A DNA stretch of 63,847 nt, counting the filler, from Deltaproteobacteria bacterium (GTDB lineage Bacteria > JACQOV01), in NCBI GenBank assembly GCA_016202395.1. It is 4 parts of 4 records of this genome, joined end to end, with 100 filler letters (N's around TTAATTAATTAA, not from the genome) between each part and the next. Parts side by side here need not be neighbours in the genome. Positions count along the whole stretch, not along the records: positions 29,335 to 51,653 come from JACQOV010000092.1; 3 more parts are not named here. One strand, given 5' to 3'. Below are positions 33,996 to 43,547 of the stretch, in pieces (positions within the stretch are counted from its first letter, which is position 1; every line of letters starts with the position of its first letter). The notes beneath the pieces were generated by a model. The model searched no databases. It was given only the letters and a program-made list of their open reading frames with translations, and was not told the DNA's origin. A program made the translations under genes and the position numbers.

Positions 33996-35467
33996 TGGCC
34001 ATTTCATTTAACGAGATACCCGGCAATATCCGGGTTCCGTTTGTTTTTATAGAGTTTGATACCTCGAAGGCCCAGCAAGGGCCCTCGATCCAGGAGTACA
34101 AGGTTTTAGCCATTGGGCAGAAACTTTCTTCAGGGACCAAGCCTCCGTTGCAGTTGGATCGGATCACCTCCGAGAGTCAGGCGAGAGAGTTTTATGGAGC
34201 AGGCTCTATTTTGGCCGGGATGATGGCTTCGTATCTTAAAAACAACAAAGTCACAGAGATAACGGCGATTGCCCAGGAGGATGATCCCGGGTCGGTGGCG
34301 GCCCAAGGGAATATCACTTTTACAGGAGCTGCCACAGAATCCGGGACCCTATTTTTCTATGCGGGAGGAAGGCGATACACGGTGGCTATTGACGAGGGGA
34401 ATCTTGCTTCGGAGGTCGCCAGCCTTCTGCAAGCCGAGATTCAAGAGGACGAGGATCGAAGGGTGGAGACCTCTATCGATCCGGGGACCCCTGAAAAGGT
34501 GGATTTTATCGCCCGAAATAAAGGAGCGTTAGGCAATGAAATCGATTTAAGAGTTAATTTCTACACGGGAGAAGAAGCCCCAGAGGGTCTTACGACTACA
34601 ATGACTCCCCTGTCCGGAGGGACGAGCAACCCGGATCTGTTTGAGGTGATCTCGGTTCTTCCCGAAACCCAGTACAACATTATCATCATGCCCTATAGCG
34701 ATGCGGCTAATCTCACGGTTTTAGAGACTGAGCTTAAAGATCGATTTGGCCCGATTCGACAGAATGATGGGGTGGCCTTTGTTGGCAAACGGGACACGAT
34801 GGGGGGGCTCACCACGTTAGGAGAGAGCCGCAATTCTCCGCATGTTTCCATTTTAGGAATCGCTGGGCCGAGTTCTCCTTGGGAGTGGGCAGGAGCGGTA
34901 GCGGGACAAGTCGCATTGTCGGCCCAGAACGATCCCGCACGACCTTTTCAGACTTTGGAATTGAGTGGGATTTTACCCCCCTCCGAGAAAGAGCAGCTTC
35001 TTTTAGAAGAGAGAAATATGCTTCTTTATGATGGGATCAGTACCTATCGGGTGGACTCGGGAGGGGTGGTTCGGATTGAGAGACTCATTACGACCTATAA
35101 GACCAATGCGCATGGAGCCTCCGATATCTCTCTACTCGATGTGAACAGTCTACTCACGTTATCGTACCTTCGATATGATCTGAGAACCCATCTTCTCAAT
35201 CGTTTCCCTAATTTTAAACTTGCCGATGATGGCACCCGGTTTGGACCGGGACAAGCCATCGTCACTCCTAAGATTGCCAAATCCGAGGTGATCGCGAAAG
35301 CCCGGCAGTGGGAGGAGAAGGGATTAGTAGAAAATATTGATCAACTGAAGAGGGATCTCGTTGTAGAGAGAGACGCTGCGAATCCTAATCAGCTCAACAT
35401 TCTGGTTTCACCCGATTTAATCAATCAATTGATGACCACAGGAGTTCAAATTGGCTTTTTATTGTAA
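33995..35467 (+). CDS. Contractile tail sheath (Mu gpL-like)
   Basis: MAISFNEIP.N.RVP...IEFD, DPARPFQTL.L, ERN.LL.DGIST, KLADDG, VERD..NPN. Confidence 0.95.
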   Translation: MAISFNEIPGNIRVPFVFIEFDTSKAQQGPSIQEYKVLAIGQKLSSGTKPPLQLDRITSESQAREFYGAGSILAGMMASYLKNNKVTEITAIAQEDDPGSVAAQGNITFTGAATESGTLFFYAGGRRYTVAIDEGNLASEVASLLQAEIQEDEDRRVETSIDPGTPEKVDFIARNKGALGNEIDLRVNFYTGEEAPEGLTTTMTPLSGGTSNPDLFEVISVLPETQYNIIIMPYSDAANLTVLETELKDRFGPIRQNDGVAFVGKRDTMGGLTTLGESRNSPHVSILGIAGPSSPWEWAGAVAGQVALSAQNDPARPFQTLELSGILPPSEKEQLLLEERNMLLYDGISTYRVDSGGVVRIERLITTYKTNAHGASDISLLDVNSLLTLSYLRYDLRTHLLNRFPNFKLADDGTRFGPGQAIVTPKIAKSEVIAKARQWEEKGLVENIDQLKRDLVVERDAANPNQLNILVSPDLINQLMTTGVQIGFLL

Positions 35468-35482
35468 TGGAGGAAGTCACTA

Positions 35483-35845
35483 ATGGGTCGAAGAATCGGA
35501 GGGATCTTATTCTTAAAGATCAATGGAGAAGGATTCCCCGCCAAAGGAAACTTTACCTATAACCTGGGGGCTCCCAAGAGGGAGGGGATTGTGGGGGCCG
35601 ATGGCTTCCATGGGTTTAAGGAGATGCCCCAGGTTCCTTTTATTGAAGGAGCCATTACCGATTCTGGAGACCTCAATGTTCAAACTTTACTCAATATTCA
35701 GGATGCCACAGCGACTTTAGAGTTAGCCAATGGGAAAGTGATCACATTAAGGGAAGCCTACTATGCGGGGGATGGGAATATCACGACCGAAGAGGGGGAG
35801 ATTGCCATCCGCTTGGAGGGGGCTTCCGCGGAGGAGATTCAATGA
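35483..35845 (+). CDS. Tail tube protein (Mu gpM-like)
   Basis: RE..VG.DG.HG.KE.P..PFIE, T.ELANGK, EGEI..R.EG. Confidence 0.92.
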   Translation: MGRRIGGILFLKINGEGFPAKGNFTYNLGAPKREGIVGADGFHGFKEMPQVPFIEGAITDSGDLNVQTLLNIQDATATLELANGKVITLREAYYAGDGNITTEEGEIAIRLEGASAEEIQ

Positions 35846-36192
35846 GTTCCATTCATACCGTTCGTGAGAGTCAGACTCAAAACCCGGAGAGTCTTTCTGA
35901 AAAAAATAGAGGCTCTGAAGATTCTCCCTATAAAGTGATTGAATTACAAAAGCCAATCTATTTTGGAGGAGAAAAAATATCCAAGATTGAGTTTATTCAG
36001 CCGAAGACCAAGCATTTGAAGGGGATTCCGATTGGATCTCCTACGTTTGGAGATTTGTTGGTGGTGGCGAGTCGGGTTTCGGGTCTCCCCCTACAGGTGT
36101 TTGAGGAGTTATCGATGCCGGATGGGGCCAAGGTGGTTCAGGTGGTCAACTCTTTTTTAGAGAAATCCCCTCCGACTGGAGAGAGTGTTTAG
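35842..36192 (+). CDS. Tail assembly chaperone
   Basis: I.L.KP...GG..I..I....P, L...D...V...V.SFL; between tube and TMP. Confidence 0.85.
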   Translation: MSSIHTVRESQTQNPESLSEKNRGSEDSPYKVIELQKPIYFGGEKISKIEFIQPKTKHLKGIPIGSPTFGDLLVVASRVSGLPLQVFEELSMPDGAKVVQVVNSFLEKSPPTGESV

Positions 36193-36308
36193 GGACATTA
36201 GCTTTTATATTTCATTTTCAGCCGAGTGAACTCTGGGAGATGGAAGCCGAGGATCTCCTCTTCTGGATGGAGAGAGCGAGAGAGCAGATCGAGGCTTTAA
36301 ACCCATGA
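36153..36308 (+). CDS. -1 frameshift extension of the chaperone (GpE'-like)
   Basis: Slippery T TTT TTA at 36153-36159; -1 frame reads REIPSDWRECLGTLAFIFHFQPSELWEMEAEDLLFWMERAREQIEALNP*. Confidence 0.85.
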   Translation, partial: FFREIPSDWRECLGTLAFIFHFQPSELWEMEAEDLLFWMERAREQIEALNP

Positions 36309-36342
36309 CCTCTTCTTAAGGGTTCATTCTAAAGGATAAATC

Positions 36343-38367
36343 ATGGCTCAAGGATTTGCTGTTCAATTACGATTAGAAGCGGTGGATCACCTGAGTCAAG
36401 TCTTGCAGTCGGTCTCCCAGAAGATCGATCCTGTCATTCAAAAGATTAAGACGGCCAATAACGCTTTTCATCTCACCCGAGAGAGTACCCAGAGTTTTAC
36501 AAAGAATCTCTCCGAAGTGGGCAAAAAGTTTCAGTCTTTTGGCAAATGGGCTACCGGTCTCATCACTCTGCCTGTGACCGCAGCTCTGACCGCCTCCTTT
36601 GTCTCTTTCACTCGTTATGAGGAGGCCTTAGTGGGAGTGGGGAAGACCACCAATCTCACCGGGGAAGCATTAAAATCCCTGGGCTCTCAGATCAGTCAGC
36701 TCTCCGAGAGAATCCCTTTGGGTACGAATAGTCTTTTAGGGATCGCCCAAGCGGCAGGGCAACTGGGAGTGAAGGGGGAGGAGAATCTTCTTAAATTTAC
36801 AGAGACCCTGGCCCAATTACAGCTTATCTCTGGGCTTTCAGGAGAAGAAGCTGCAACCTCCCTCACCCGGATTCTCAATATTACGGGAGAAGGGGTCCAG
36901 AGGATCGACACGTTAGCCTCCGTGGTTGTGGCCTTAAGCAATCAGTTTGCGGCCTCGGAACAAGAGATTGTGGAGATGGCCTCCGAGGTTTCCAAAGCGA
37001 CCGCCCTTTTTAGAGTTTCCTCTTCCGAGGCCGCCGCCCTCTCCGCCGCATTAAAATCGATTGGGATAGAGGCCGAGGGAGCCAATGCCCTTGGTAAAAC
37101 ATTTCGGAGCCTAGATGCTGCCATTCGAGGAGGAGGGGATCAACTCAAGATCCTCCAAAAGCTAACGGGGCTGACGGGTAAGGAATTAGAGAAGACATTT
37201 AAGGAAGATGCACTCCTAGTATTTCAGAAGTTTATCGAAGGATTGGATCACTTTACTCAAGCGGGTGGAAACTCTGCCAAGCTCCTATCGGCTCTTGGCT
37301 TAGGTGGAGACCGGGTCGTCAAGGTGCTTCCTTTAATTGCCCATGAAAGCTCTCGATTGGGGAAAGCTTTGAGCGTTGCATCGGAAGAGACTCAAGACGC
37401 AACGGCTCTCAACGAAGAGGCGGCCAAAACGTTTGCAACCACCTCTTCACAATTAACTCTCATGAGAAACACATTAACCAACGTAGGCAGAGAATTGGGA
37501 GAGCTACTCGCTCCTGCAGTCATCTTTGTAACGGAGAAGATTCGAGGATTGATTGGGTTTTTAAGGGAGCATCCGCTCCTTGCCAAAGTAGCCATCGGTT
37601 TTACGGGAATAGCGGCTGCAATAGGCCCTGTGATTGCAGGATTGGGAGTCTTTCTTACTTTGATTCCCTCTCTTATTGCAGGTTTGAGCGCGATCTCTGC
37701 GGCGGGGGGTGTTTTGGGTATTACCCTAGGGATTTTCACCAGCCCCATGACGTTAACGATTGCAGCTATCACGGCTTTAACGGTGGCAGGCGTTCTACTC
37801 GTAAAGAATTGGGACAAGATTCGTGAAGTCGGGGAATCCGTTGTCGATCATTTAGTCCAAGCCTGGGATCATTTTAAGGAGAGTTTTCAAGGAACATTGG
37901 AGTCCGTAAAGAATATGTTTGTGAACACCTGGCGGGGGATTGTTTCCTTTTTCAATAATATTTGGGACCCAGTCCTTGGAACTCTCATGGAGAAGTTTTC
38001 CTCTCTCAAAGCATTCTTTCAGGGTTTATGGGGATCTCTCTTGGAAGGGTTTGAGAAAGTCATGGGACCGATGGGGAAAGCTCTTTCCAAGATCGGGGAA
38101 TTTATTTTCCCTTCGATGGGGGAATCCGTAGGACCCAAAGAACAAGAAGGACTCGGAGAAAGAGGGAGTAGCCTGGGGGAGCGAGGAGTCTTTGGCCCCC
38201 GAATCGGCCCCTCCGACTTAAAAACAAAACTCGTTCAACGGACCACAGCCCAACAAGCCTCCGTTCTGGTGGATTTTAGGAATCTCCCTCGAGGGGTGCA
38301 GGTGACCCCCGGTTCTGGAGAAGTCCCCCTAAATCTATCCCTCGGTTTTGCGGGAGCTATCGAATGA
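36343..38367 (+). CDS. Tail tape measure protein
   Basis: TP901-type core (YEEAL..V.K, L..IA.AAGQLG, L.N.FAA.E.EI), hydrophobic segment, W/F-spaced repeats. Confidence 0.92.
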   Translation: MAQGFAVQLRLEAVDHLSQVLQSVSQKIDPVIQKIKTANNAFHLTRESTQSFTKNLSEVGKKFQSFGKWATGLITLPVTAALTASFVSFTRYEEALVGVGKTTNLTGEALKSLGSQISQLSERIPLGTNSLLGIAQAAGQLGVKGEENLLKFTETLAQLQLISGLSGEEAATSLTRILNITGEGVQRIDTLASVVVALSNQFAASEQEIVEMASEVSKATALFRVSSSEAAALSAALKSIGIEAEGANALGKTFRSLDAAIRGGGDQLKILQKLTGLTGKELEKTFKEDALLVFQKFIEGLDHFTQAGGNSAKLLSALGLGGDRVVKVLPLIAHESSRLGKALSVASEETQDATALNEEAAKTFATTSSQLTLMRNTLTNVGRELGELLAPAVIFVTEKIRGLIGFLREHPLLAKVAIGFTGIAAAIGPVIAGLGVFLTLIPSLIAGLSAISAAGGVLGITLGIFTSPMTLTIAAITALTVAGVLLVKNWDKIREVGESVVDHLVQAWDHFKESFQGTLESVKNMFVNTWRGIVSFFNNIWDPVLGTLMEKFSSLKAFFQGLWGSLLEGFEKVMGPMGKALSKIGEFIFPSMGESVGPKEQEGLGERGSSLGERGVFGPRIGPSDLKTKLVQRTTAQQASVLVDFRNLPRGVQVTPGSGEVPLNLSLGFAGAIE

Positions 38368-39578
38368 GTGATTGGGAAAAAAGATTCAGGAGAGCCTATT
38401 TTCGAGGGGTTCCCTTTTATGTAGAGACCTCGGAATTAACGACAGGACGTCGGGTCGTCCAACACGAGTTCCCCGATCAGGATATTCCCTATGCCGAGGA
38501 TTTGGGGAAGAAAGGCCAAGTCTTTCAGATCACCGGCTATGTCTTAGGAGAGGATTATTTTAATACCCGAGATGCTTTAATCCGAGCCTGTGAGAAAGAG
38601 GGGCCTGGGACTCTGATTCACCCCTATTTAGGAATTAAAAAAGTCCAATGTGAGAGCTTAAATCTCCGAGAGGATCGCAGGGAAGGGAGAATAGCTACTT
38701 TTCAGTTATCGTTCTTAGAGGCGGGAGAGAATCGTTTCCCCTCTGCGATCAAGAATATTTTTAGTGAGATTCTCGATCAGTTTAGAGAAGTCATCACCGA
38801 TGTGGAGGCTTTCTTTATCGATGGGCTTGATTTAGTGAATTTGCCTGCTTTTGTATTTGACTCGGCCAAGCAAACGGTGGATTCCATCACCACTCTTTTT
38901 GAGGAAGCCCTTCAAACGGTCAAAAGTCCTTCGGATAAAGATAAAGTGGCAGAAGTGACTTATAAATTGGAGCGGTTTAAGAGCCAAAGTGAGGGGATGT
39001 TGCAAGGTTCACCACAACTCTTTGAGAGCTTCTCCGAGGTGATTGAAGCTCTGGGGGATTTAAGCACCGAGAACACGGAATCTTTGGAGATGTATCTCAC
39101 TTTGGCTCAAGGAATAAATGAGGTTGAAGAGGAGTTACCCGAGATCTTTGAAAAAACCTCGACTCGATCCAAGGAGAAGAAGAATCGAGACATACTCCTC
39201 TCTACGGCTCGAGTTCTCTTTGCTGTGAATGCGGCCCAGAAGTTTATCGACTCCGATTTTAGGAGTTTAGAGGAGGCTCAAGAGAAAAGAGAGGAGATTC
39301 AATCGATCCTGATCGAGGAGGCCGAGGAATCAAAAAATGATTCCCTCTATCAGTCTCTTTCTCAACTCCATGCTTCCTTAACAGAGGTATTTCCACAAAC
39401 CTCTCAAGAGTTATCGCGGATCATCGAATATACGCCTCCCGTCACGATGCCCTCGTTGGTGATTATTTATGATCTGTTTCAGGATCCTGAATTAGAGCAG
39501 GATCTCCTTGATCGGAACAAGATCATTCATCCTGGGTTTATTCCGGGAGGAGAGTCTTTGGAGGTCCTGAATGGTTAG
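38364..39578 (+). CDS. Mu gpN-like DNA circularization protein
   Basis: W...R.A.FRGVPF.V, GRR.V.HEFP..D.PY.EDLG, GPGTLIHP.LG, RN.I.HPGF. Confidence 0.92.
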   Translation: MSDWEKRFRRAYFRGVPFYVETSELTTGRRVVQHEFPDQDIPYAEDLGKKGQVFQITGYVLGEDYFNTRDALIRACEKEGPGTLIHPYLGIKKVQCESLNLREDRREGRIATFQLSFLEAGENRFPSAIKNIFSEILDQFREVITDVEAFFIDGLDLVNLPAFVFDSAKQTVDSITTLFEEALQTVKSPSDKDKVAEVTYKLERFKSQSEGMLQGSPQLFESFSEVIEALGDLSTENTESLEMYLTLAQGINEVEEELPEIFEKTSTRSKEKKNRDILLSTARVLFAVNAAQKFIDSDFRSLEEAQEKREEIQSILIEEAEESKNDSLYQSLSQLHASLTEVFPQTSQELSRIIEYTPPVTMPSLVIIYDLFQDPELEQDLLDRNKIIHPGFIPGGESLEVLNG

Positions 39579-40698
39579 GATTCCCACTCTCACGATCTTT
39601 TCAGAGCCGGTTGAAGACTCGGTGACGTTATTGGTGGATGGGCAGCTCTATCAGGGATGGAAAGAGGTGGAGATCGCAAAGCACCTGACCTCTCTCTGTG
39701 GCTCCTTTTCTTTGTCGCTGACCGATTCCTGGAGCCAAGACGGTAGAGCCTGGCCTCTGAAAGTGGGAGACTTAGTAGAAGTCTACATGGAAGAGAAGAA
39801 GGTGATAACGGGTTCTATCGACCGATTCGAGATCGAGGTTGAAGCGAACCATCGAACCCTTACGATATCGGGGAGAGACAAAACGGGAGATCTGGTGGAT
39901 TGCTCGGAGACCACCGAGCCGGGGGAGTTTCGAGGACTCAATCTATTGCAGCTCGCTCAAAAGTTTTCTTCCCCTTTTGGGATGGAGGTTCGAGCCGAGA
40001 CAGAGGATTTAGGAGAGCCTTTTAATCCTTTTACGATTCGACAAGGGGAGACCGTCTTTGAGGCTTTAGAGCGAGGGGCCCGAAGGGGTGGGCTGCTTCT
40101 CATATCGGATGCGGAGGGGAATCTCGTCATCACTCGGAAGAACTCCAGGCGAGCCTCGACCGAATTAGTCCAAGGGGTGAATATTCTTTCCGCTCAGGCC
40201 ACTTTTGATCACACGGAGCGGTTCTCCGAATACACCGTCAAGGGGCAATCGGCAGGAACCGATGACTTTTATGGAGAGGAGATTTCGACCCCTTTAGGGA
40301 AAGCCGAAGACCGAGGGATTTTGCGTTTTCGCCCCCTCATTCTCATTGCGGAGGGGAGTGTGGATACCTCTCTGGCTCAGAAGCGGGCGGAATGGGAAGC
40401 TACGGTTCGAGCGGCGAGATCCGCTCGGGTCATGATTACCACTCCGGGATGGAAGCAGGTGGATGGGAGGTTTTGGGAAATCAATGAGACCACACCGATC
40501 CAATGTCCTTGGATAGGAATGGATCAAGAGATGCTCATTGTGTCTACAATTTTTCACAAGAGTCGTGAGAAAGGGACCACGACCACTTTAGAACTGGTGC
40601 GTCCCGATGCGTTTGAGCCGGAGCCGGTGATTGAGAAAAAGAGCGATCCTATGGAGAAACTGGGGATTGTTGAAGAGTTATTTCGAGAGGTGGCCTGA
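39571..40698 (+). CDS. Baseplate hub (Mu gp44-like)
   Basis: Y.GW, GRDKTGDLVDCS, GETVF..L.R, ERFSEY.VKGQ, R.RP, RAEWE. Confidence 0.92.
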   Translation: MVRIPTLTIFSEPVEDSVTLLVDGQLYQGWKEVEIAKHLTSLCGSFSLSLTDSWSQDGRAWPLKVGDLVEVYMEEKKVITGSIDRFEIEVEANHRTLTISGRDKTGDLVDCSETTEPGEFRGLNLLQLAQKFSSPFGMEVRAETEDLGEPFNPFTIRQGETVFEALERGARRGGLLLISDAEGNLVITRKNSRRASTELVQGVNILSAQATFDHTERFSEYTVKGQSAGTDDFYGEEISTPLGKAEDRGILRFRPLILIAEGSVDTSLAQKRAEWEATVRAARSARVMITTPGWKQVDGRFWEINETTPIQCPWIGMDQEMLIVSTIFHKSREKGTTTTLELVRPDAFEPEPVIEKKSDPMEKLGIVEELFREVA

Positions 40699-41373
40699 AT
40701 GGAATGGATCTCCCTATTTAATCGAGCGATCGCCCCCTTAAAAAGAAGAGTTTTATTATCGATCAGTCGGGGAATTGTAAAGGAAGTAGATGATAGCAAA
40801 AAAATCCAGCTTCTCACCCTTCGACTTTTAGCCAATGAACTCCACTCGAATGTGGAGCGGTTTCAGAATTATGGATTCACCTCGGTTCCCCTCAAAGACT
40901 CGGAGGTAGTCGCGGTTTTCCCAGGAGGGAACCGGGAGCATGGAATTGTTATTGCCGTAGAAGACCGAAGGTATCGATTGAAGGGATTGCAATCGGGCGA
41001 GGTGGCTCTTTATACCGACGAGGGGGATTCTCTGGTTCTCAAGAGAGACAATCAGATCGAATTAAAAACCAAGAAGTTTATCGTACAAGCTACCGATTCG
41101 ATGGAAGTGAACACCCAGGAAATAAAACTCAACGCGGCGGCTCAAATCACTTTGAATAGTCCCCTCACCCAAGTTACGGGGGCCCTTTCTTCTGGAATGG
41201 GAGTGGAAGGTGGAGCCAGCCAGGCTACCTTTGGAGGCAAAGTGATCGCTCAAGGGGATGTCGAATCTCAGGAAGCAGGGACCACACTAAAAGTGATCAA
41301 GAGCGCTTATAACATCCATACGCATCCCGGGGACAGTGGTGGGACGACAGGAGGGCCCAATCCTCCTGTTTAA
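40699..41373 (+). CDS. Baseplate spike (Mu gp45/P2 gpV-like)
   Basis: VERFQNYGFTSVP, GG.R.HG....V.D.RYR...L..GEVALY; C-terminal HTH metal-binding tip. Confidence 0.92.
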   Translation: MEWISLFNRAIAPLKRRVLLSISRGIVKEVDDSKKIQLLTLRLLANELHSNVERFQNYGFTSVPLKDSEVVAVFPGGNREHGIVIAVEDRRYRLKGLQSGEVALYTDEGDSLVLKRDNQIELKTKKFIVQATDSMEVNTQEIKLNAAAQITLNSPLTQVTGALSSGMGVEGGASQATFGGKVIAQGDVESQEAGTTLKVIKSAYNIHTHPGDSGGTTGGPNPPV

Positions 41374-41409
41374 GAGGGTCCCATGGAGTGAAATCGGAAG
41401 AGAGAAATT

Positions 41410-41874
41410 ATGGCCGACATCGGATTATTTTTGAAAGATAACACGATCGACATTGAGATTGAGAAGGAGGACATTCAGCGAGAGGAGGGGTTACGCACCT
41501 CTGTTCTCATCTCGCTCTTTACCGACCGTCGTGTGGAAGAGGAAGAGCTTCCTTTGGGACACACCCACAAGAGAGGCTGGTGGGGGGATATGTTCTCTGA
41601 AATTGACAAAGATGAAATCGGCTCGAAGCTTTGGTTACTGGAGAGAGGGAAACAAACCTTGGAGACCGAAAGTGATGCGGAAGAGTATGTGAAAGAATCC
41701 TTGCAATGGATGATCGAGGATGGTGTGGCTAGCAATATCTCCGTGGAAGCCGAGTTTATCGATCGAGGGGTTTTAGCCATTCGGATGGAGATCGAAAAGC
41801 CTCAAGGAGAATCCCAAAGATTTAGTCTTTTATGGGATCTAGAGGAGAATCGGATCGGAGAGGAGATCAATTAA
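41410..41874 (+). CDS. Mu gp46-like baseplate protein
   Basis: L.TSVLISLFTDRR, RGWWGD, IGSKLWLL.R.K, L.W...DGVA. Confidence 0.92.
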   Translation: MADIGLFLKDNTIDIEIEKEDIQREEGLRTSVLISLFTDRRVEEEELPLGHTHKRGWWGDMFSEIDKDEIGSKLWLLERGKQTLETESDAEEYVKESLQWMIEDGVASNISVEAEFIDRGVLAIRMEIEKPQGESQRFSLLWDLEENRIGEEIN

Positions 41875-41877
41875 TCC

Positions 41878-42966
41878 ATGCCATTAACCCGCCCCAGCAT
41901 TGGCGATCTCAAGACACGGATTCGATCGGATATCAAGAGTGCTTTGGGAGTCTCCACGGTTCTGCGGAGATCCCTGGTTGATGTTTTAAGCCAGGCCTTA
42001 GCGGGGGTGGCTCATACTCAATTGGGCTATATCGATTTTGTGGGGAAGCAGTTGTTTCTGGATCAAGCGGAAGAGGAGTTTTTAGAGCGCTGGGGGAGTA
42101 TCTATCGGGTGGAGAGGAAAGGGGCGACTTTTACTCAACTGAGCCTCCAATTCTTTGGAGAAAATGGATCGACTATTCCTAATGGCACCGAGCTTCAGAG
42201 GTCCGATGGAGTCCTCTACACCACCGATGCTGAAGGAACGATCGGTGCTACAGAGGAAGTTATTATTTCAGCCACGGCTCAAGAGCCTGGGGCTCATACC
42301 AATCTCGAAGACGGGGAGAGTTTATCTCTGATATCCCCGATGGTGGGGGTTCAATCCCAGGCCCTCGTAGACTCCACTCTCATCTCTGGGGAAGATGAAG
42401 AAAATGATGAAAGCTATCGAGAGAGGATTTTGGATCAGATTCGCAAGCCCCCCAATGGAGGGGATGCGGATGATTATATCCAATGGGCGAGAGCTATTTC
42501 GGGAGTGACCCGAGCCTGGGTATTCCCAGGGCATCTAGGATTAGGGACGGTAGGGGTCACTTTTGTTCAGGATGGAGAGGAAGATATTTTCCCGGAGGAG
42601 GCCAAAGTCCAGGAGGTCTCCGATTATATTGAAACGGTGCGACCGGTGACGGCGTCTATTTTTGTATTTTCTCCAGGCAAAGCCGTTTTGGATCTCACCC
42701 TAAAGCTCAAACCCAATACCGAATCGGTGCGAGAAGCGGTGCAAGCCGAGATCGAGGATTTTTTACTGCGAGAGGCGGCTCCCGGAGGCGCTTATCAAGG
42801 CCCCAAGGAGGTGCACACCGGGACTATCCTCTTAAGCCAACTGGATGAAGCCATCAGTGTGGCTGAAGGGGAGGAGGACCATCAGATCGTGAACCTGACC
42901 TCCGATTTTGTTGTTCCCACGGGGTATTTAGCTGTCTTAGGGACGATCACCTGGGAGGATTTGTAA
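41878..42966 (+). CDS. Baseplate J/Mu gp47-like wedge protein
   Basis: E.DE.YR.RI......PP.GG...DY..WA..I.GV.RAW, RPVTA. Confidence 0.92.
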   Translation: MPLTRPSIGDLKTRIRSDIKSALGVSTVLRRSLVDVLSQALAGVAHTQLGYIDFVGKQLFLDQAEEEFLERWGSIYRVERKGATFTQLSLQFFGENGSTIPNGTELQRSDGVLYTTDAEGTIGATEEVIISATAQEPGAHTNLEDGESLSLISPMVGVQSQALVDSTLISGEDEENDESYRERILDQIRKPPNGGDADDYIQWARAISGVTRAWVFPGHLGLGTVGVTFVQDGEEDIFPEEAKVQEVSDYIETVRPVTASIFVFSPGKAVLDLTLKLKPNTESVREAVQAEIEDFLLREAAPGGAYQGPKEVHTGTILLSQLDEAISVAEGEEDHQIVNLTSDFVVPTGYLAVLGTITWEDL

Positions 42967-42967
42967 C

Positions 42968-43525
42968 TTGGGAGATACGGAACAAGACAAATATCTGGGA
43001 TTATTAAAGCAGCTCTTTCCGATAGGGAAAGCATGGGATCTCAGTGAAAACTCTAATCTCACGAAACTCCTGGGAGCTTTTGCCCAAGAATTGGGTCGAG
43101 TGGATCAAAGAGTCTCCGATCTGATTCGAGAAACCGATCCTCAGAGGACAGAGGAATTGCTCCTCGATTGGGAGCATTTTTTAGGCATTCCCGATGACTG
43201 TAGTGAAGAAGAGATTGAAAGTCTCTCTCTAGAGCAGAGGCGACAGCAGATTGTTCAAAAGCTCACGTTTGTGGGAGGCCAAAATATTTCTTACTACATC
43301 GATATGGCCAAGGCCTTTGGGTTAGAGGAGGTTGAAATAAAAGAGTATCGCCCTTTTCGAGCAGGGATTAACAGAGCTGGAGATACACTCACGAACGGAG
43401 GCTGGGTTTTTACCTTTGAGATGCGGTCGCCTCAAATCCCTGAAACATCGACCTTGGAGTGTACGGTCTTGAAACTCAAACCCGCTCACACCCATGCGAT
43501 CTTCCATTGGGGAGTGGGAGGATGA
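42968..43525 (+). CDS. Mu gp48/YmfQ-like baseplate protein
   Basis: L..LFP.G.AW, E.DP....ELL.DWE..LG.PD.C, GGQ...YY, LEC.....KPAHT. Confidence 0.9.
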   Translation: MGDTEQDKYLGLLKQLFPIGKAWDLSENSNLTKLLGAFAQELGRVDQRVSDLIRETDPQRTEELLLDWEHFLGIPDDCSEEEIESLSLEQRRQQIVQKLTFVGGQNISYYIDMAKAFGLEEVEIKEYRPFRAGINRAGDTLTNGGWVFTFEMRSPQIPETSTLECTVLKLKPAHTHAIFHWGVGG

Positions 43526-43547
43526 AGCGAGATGAAAAGAGGAAGCG

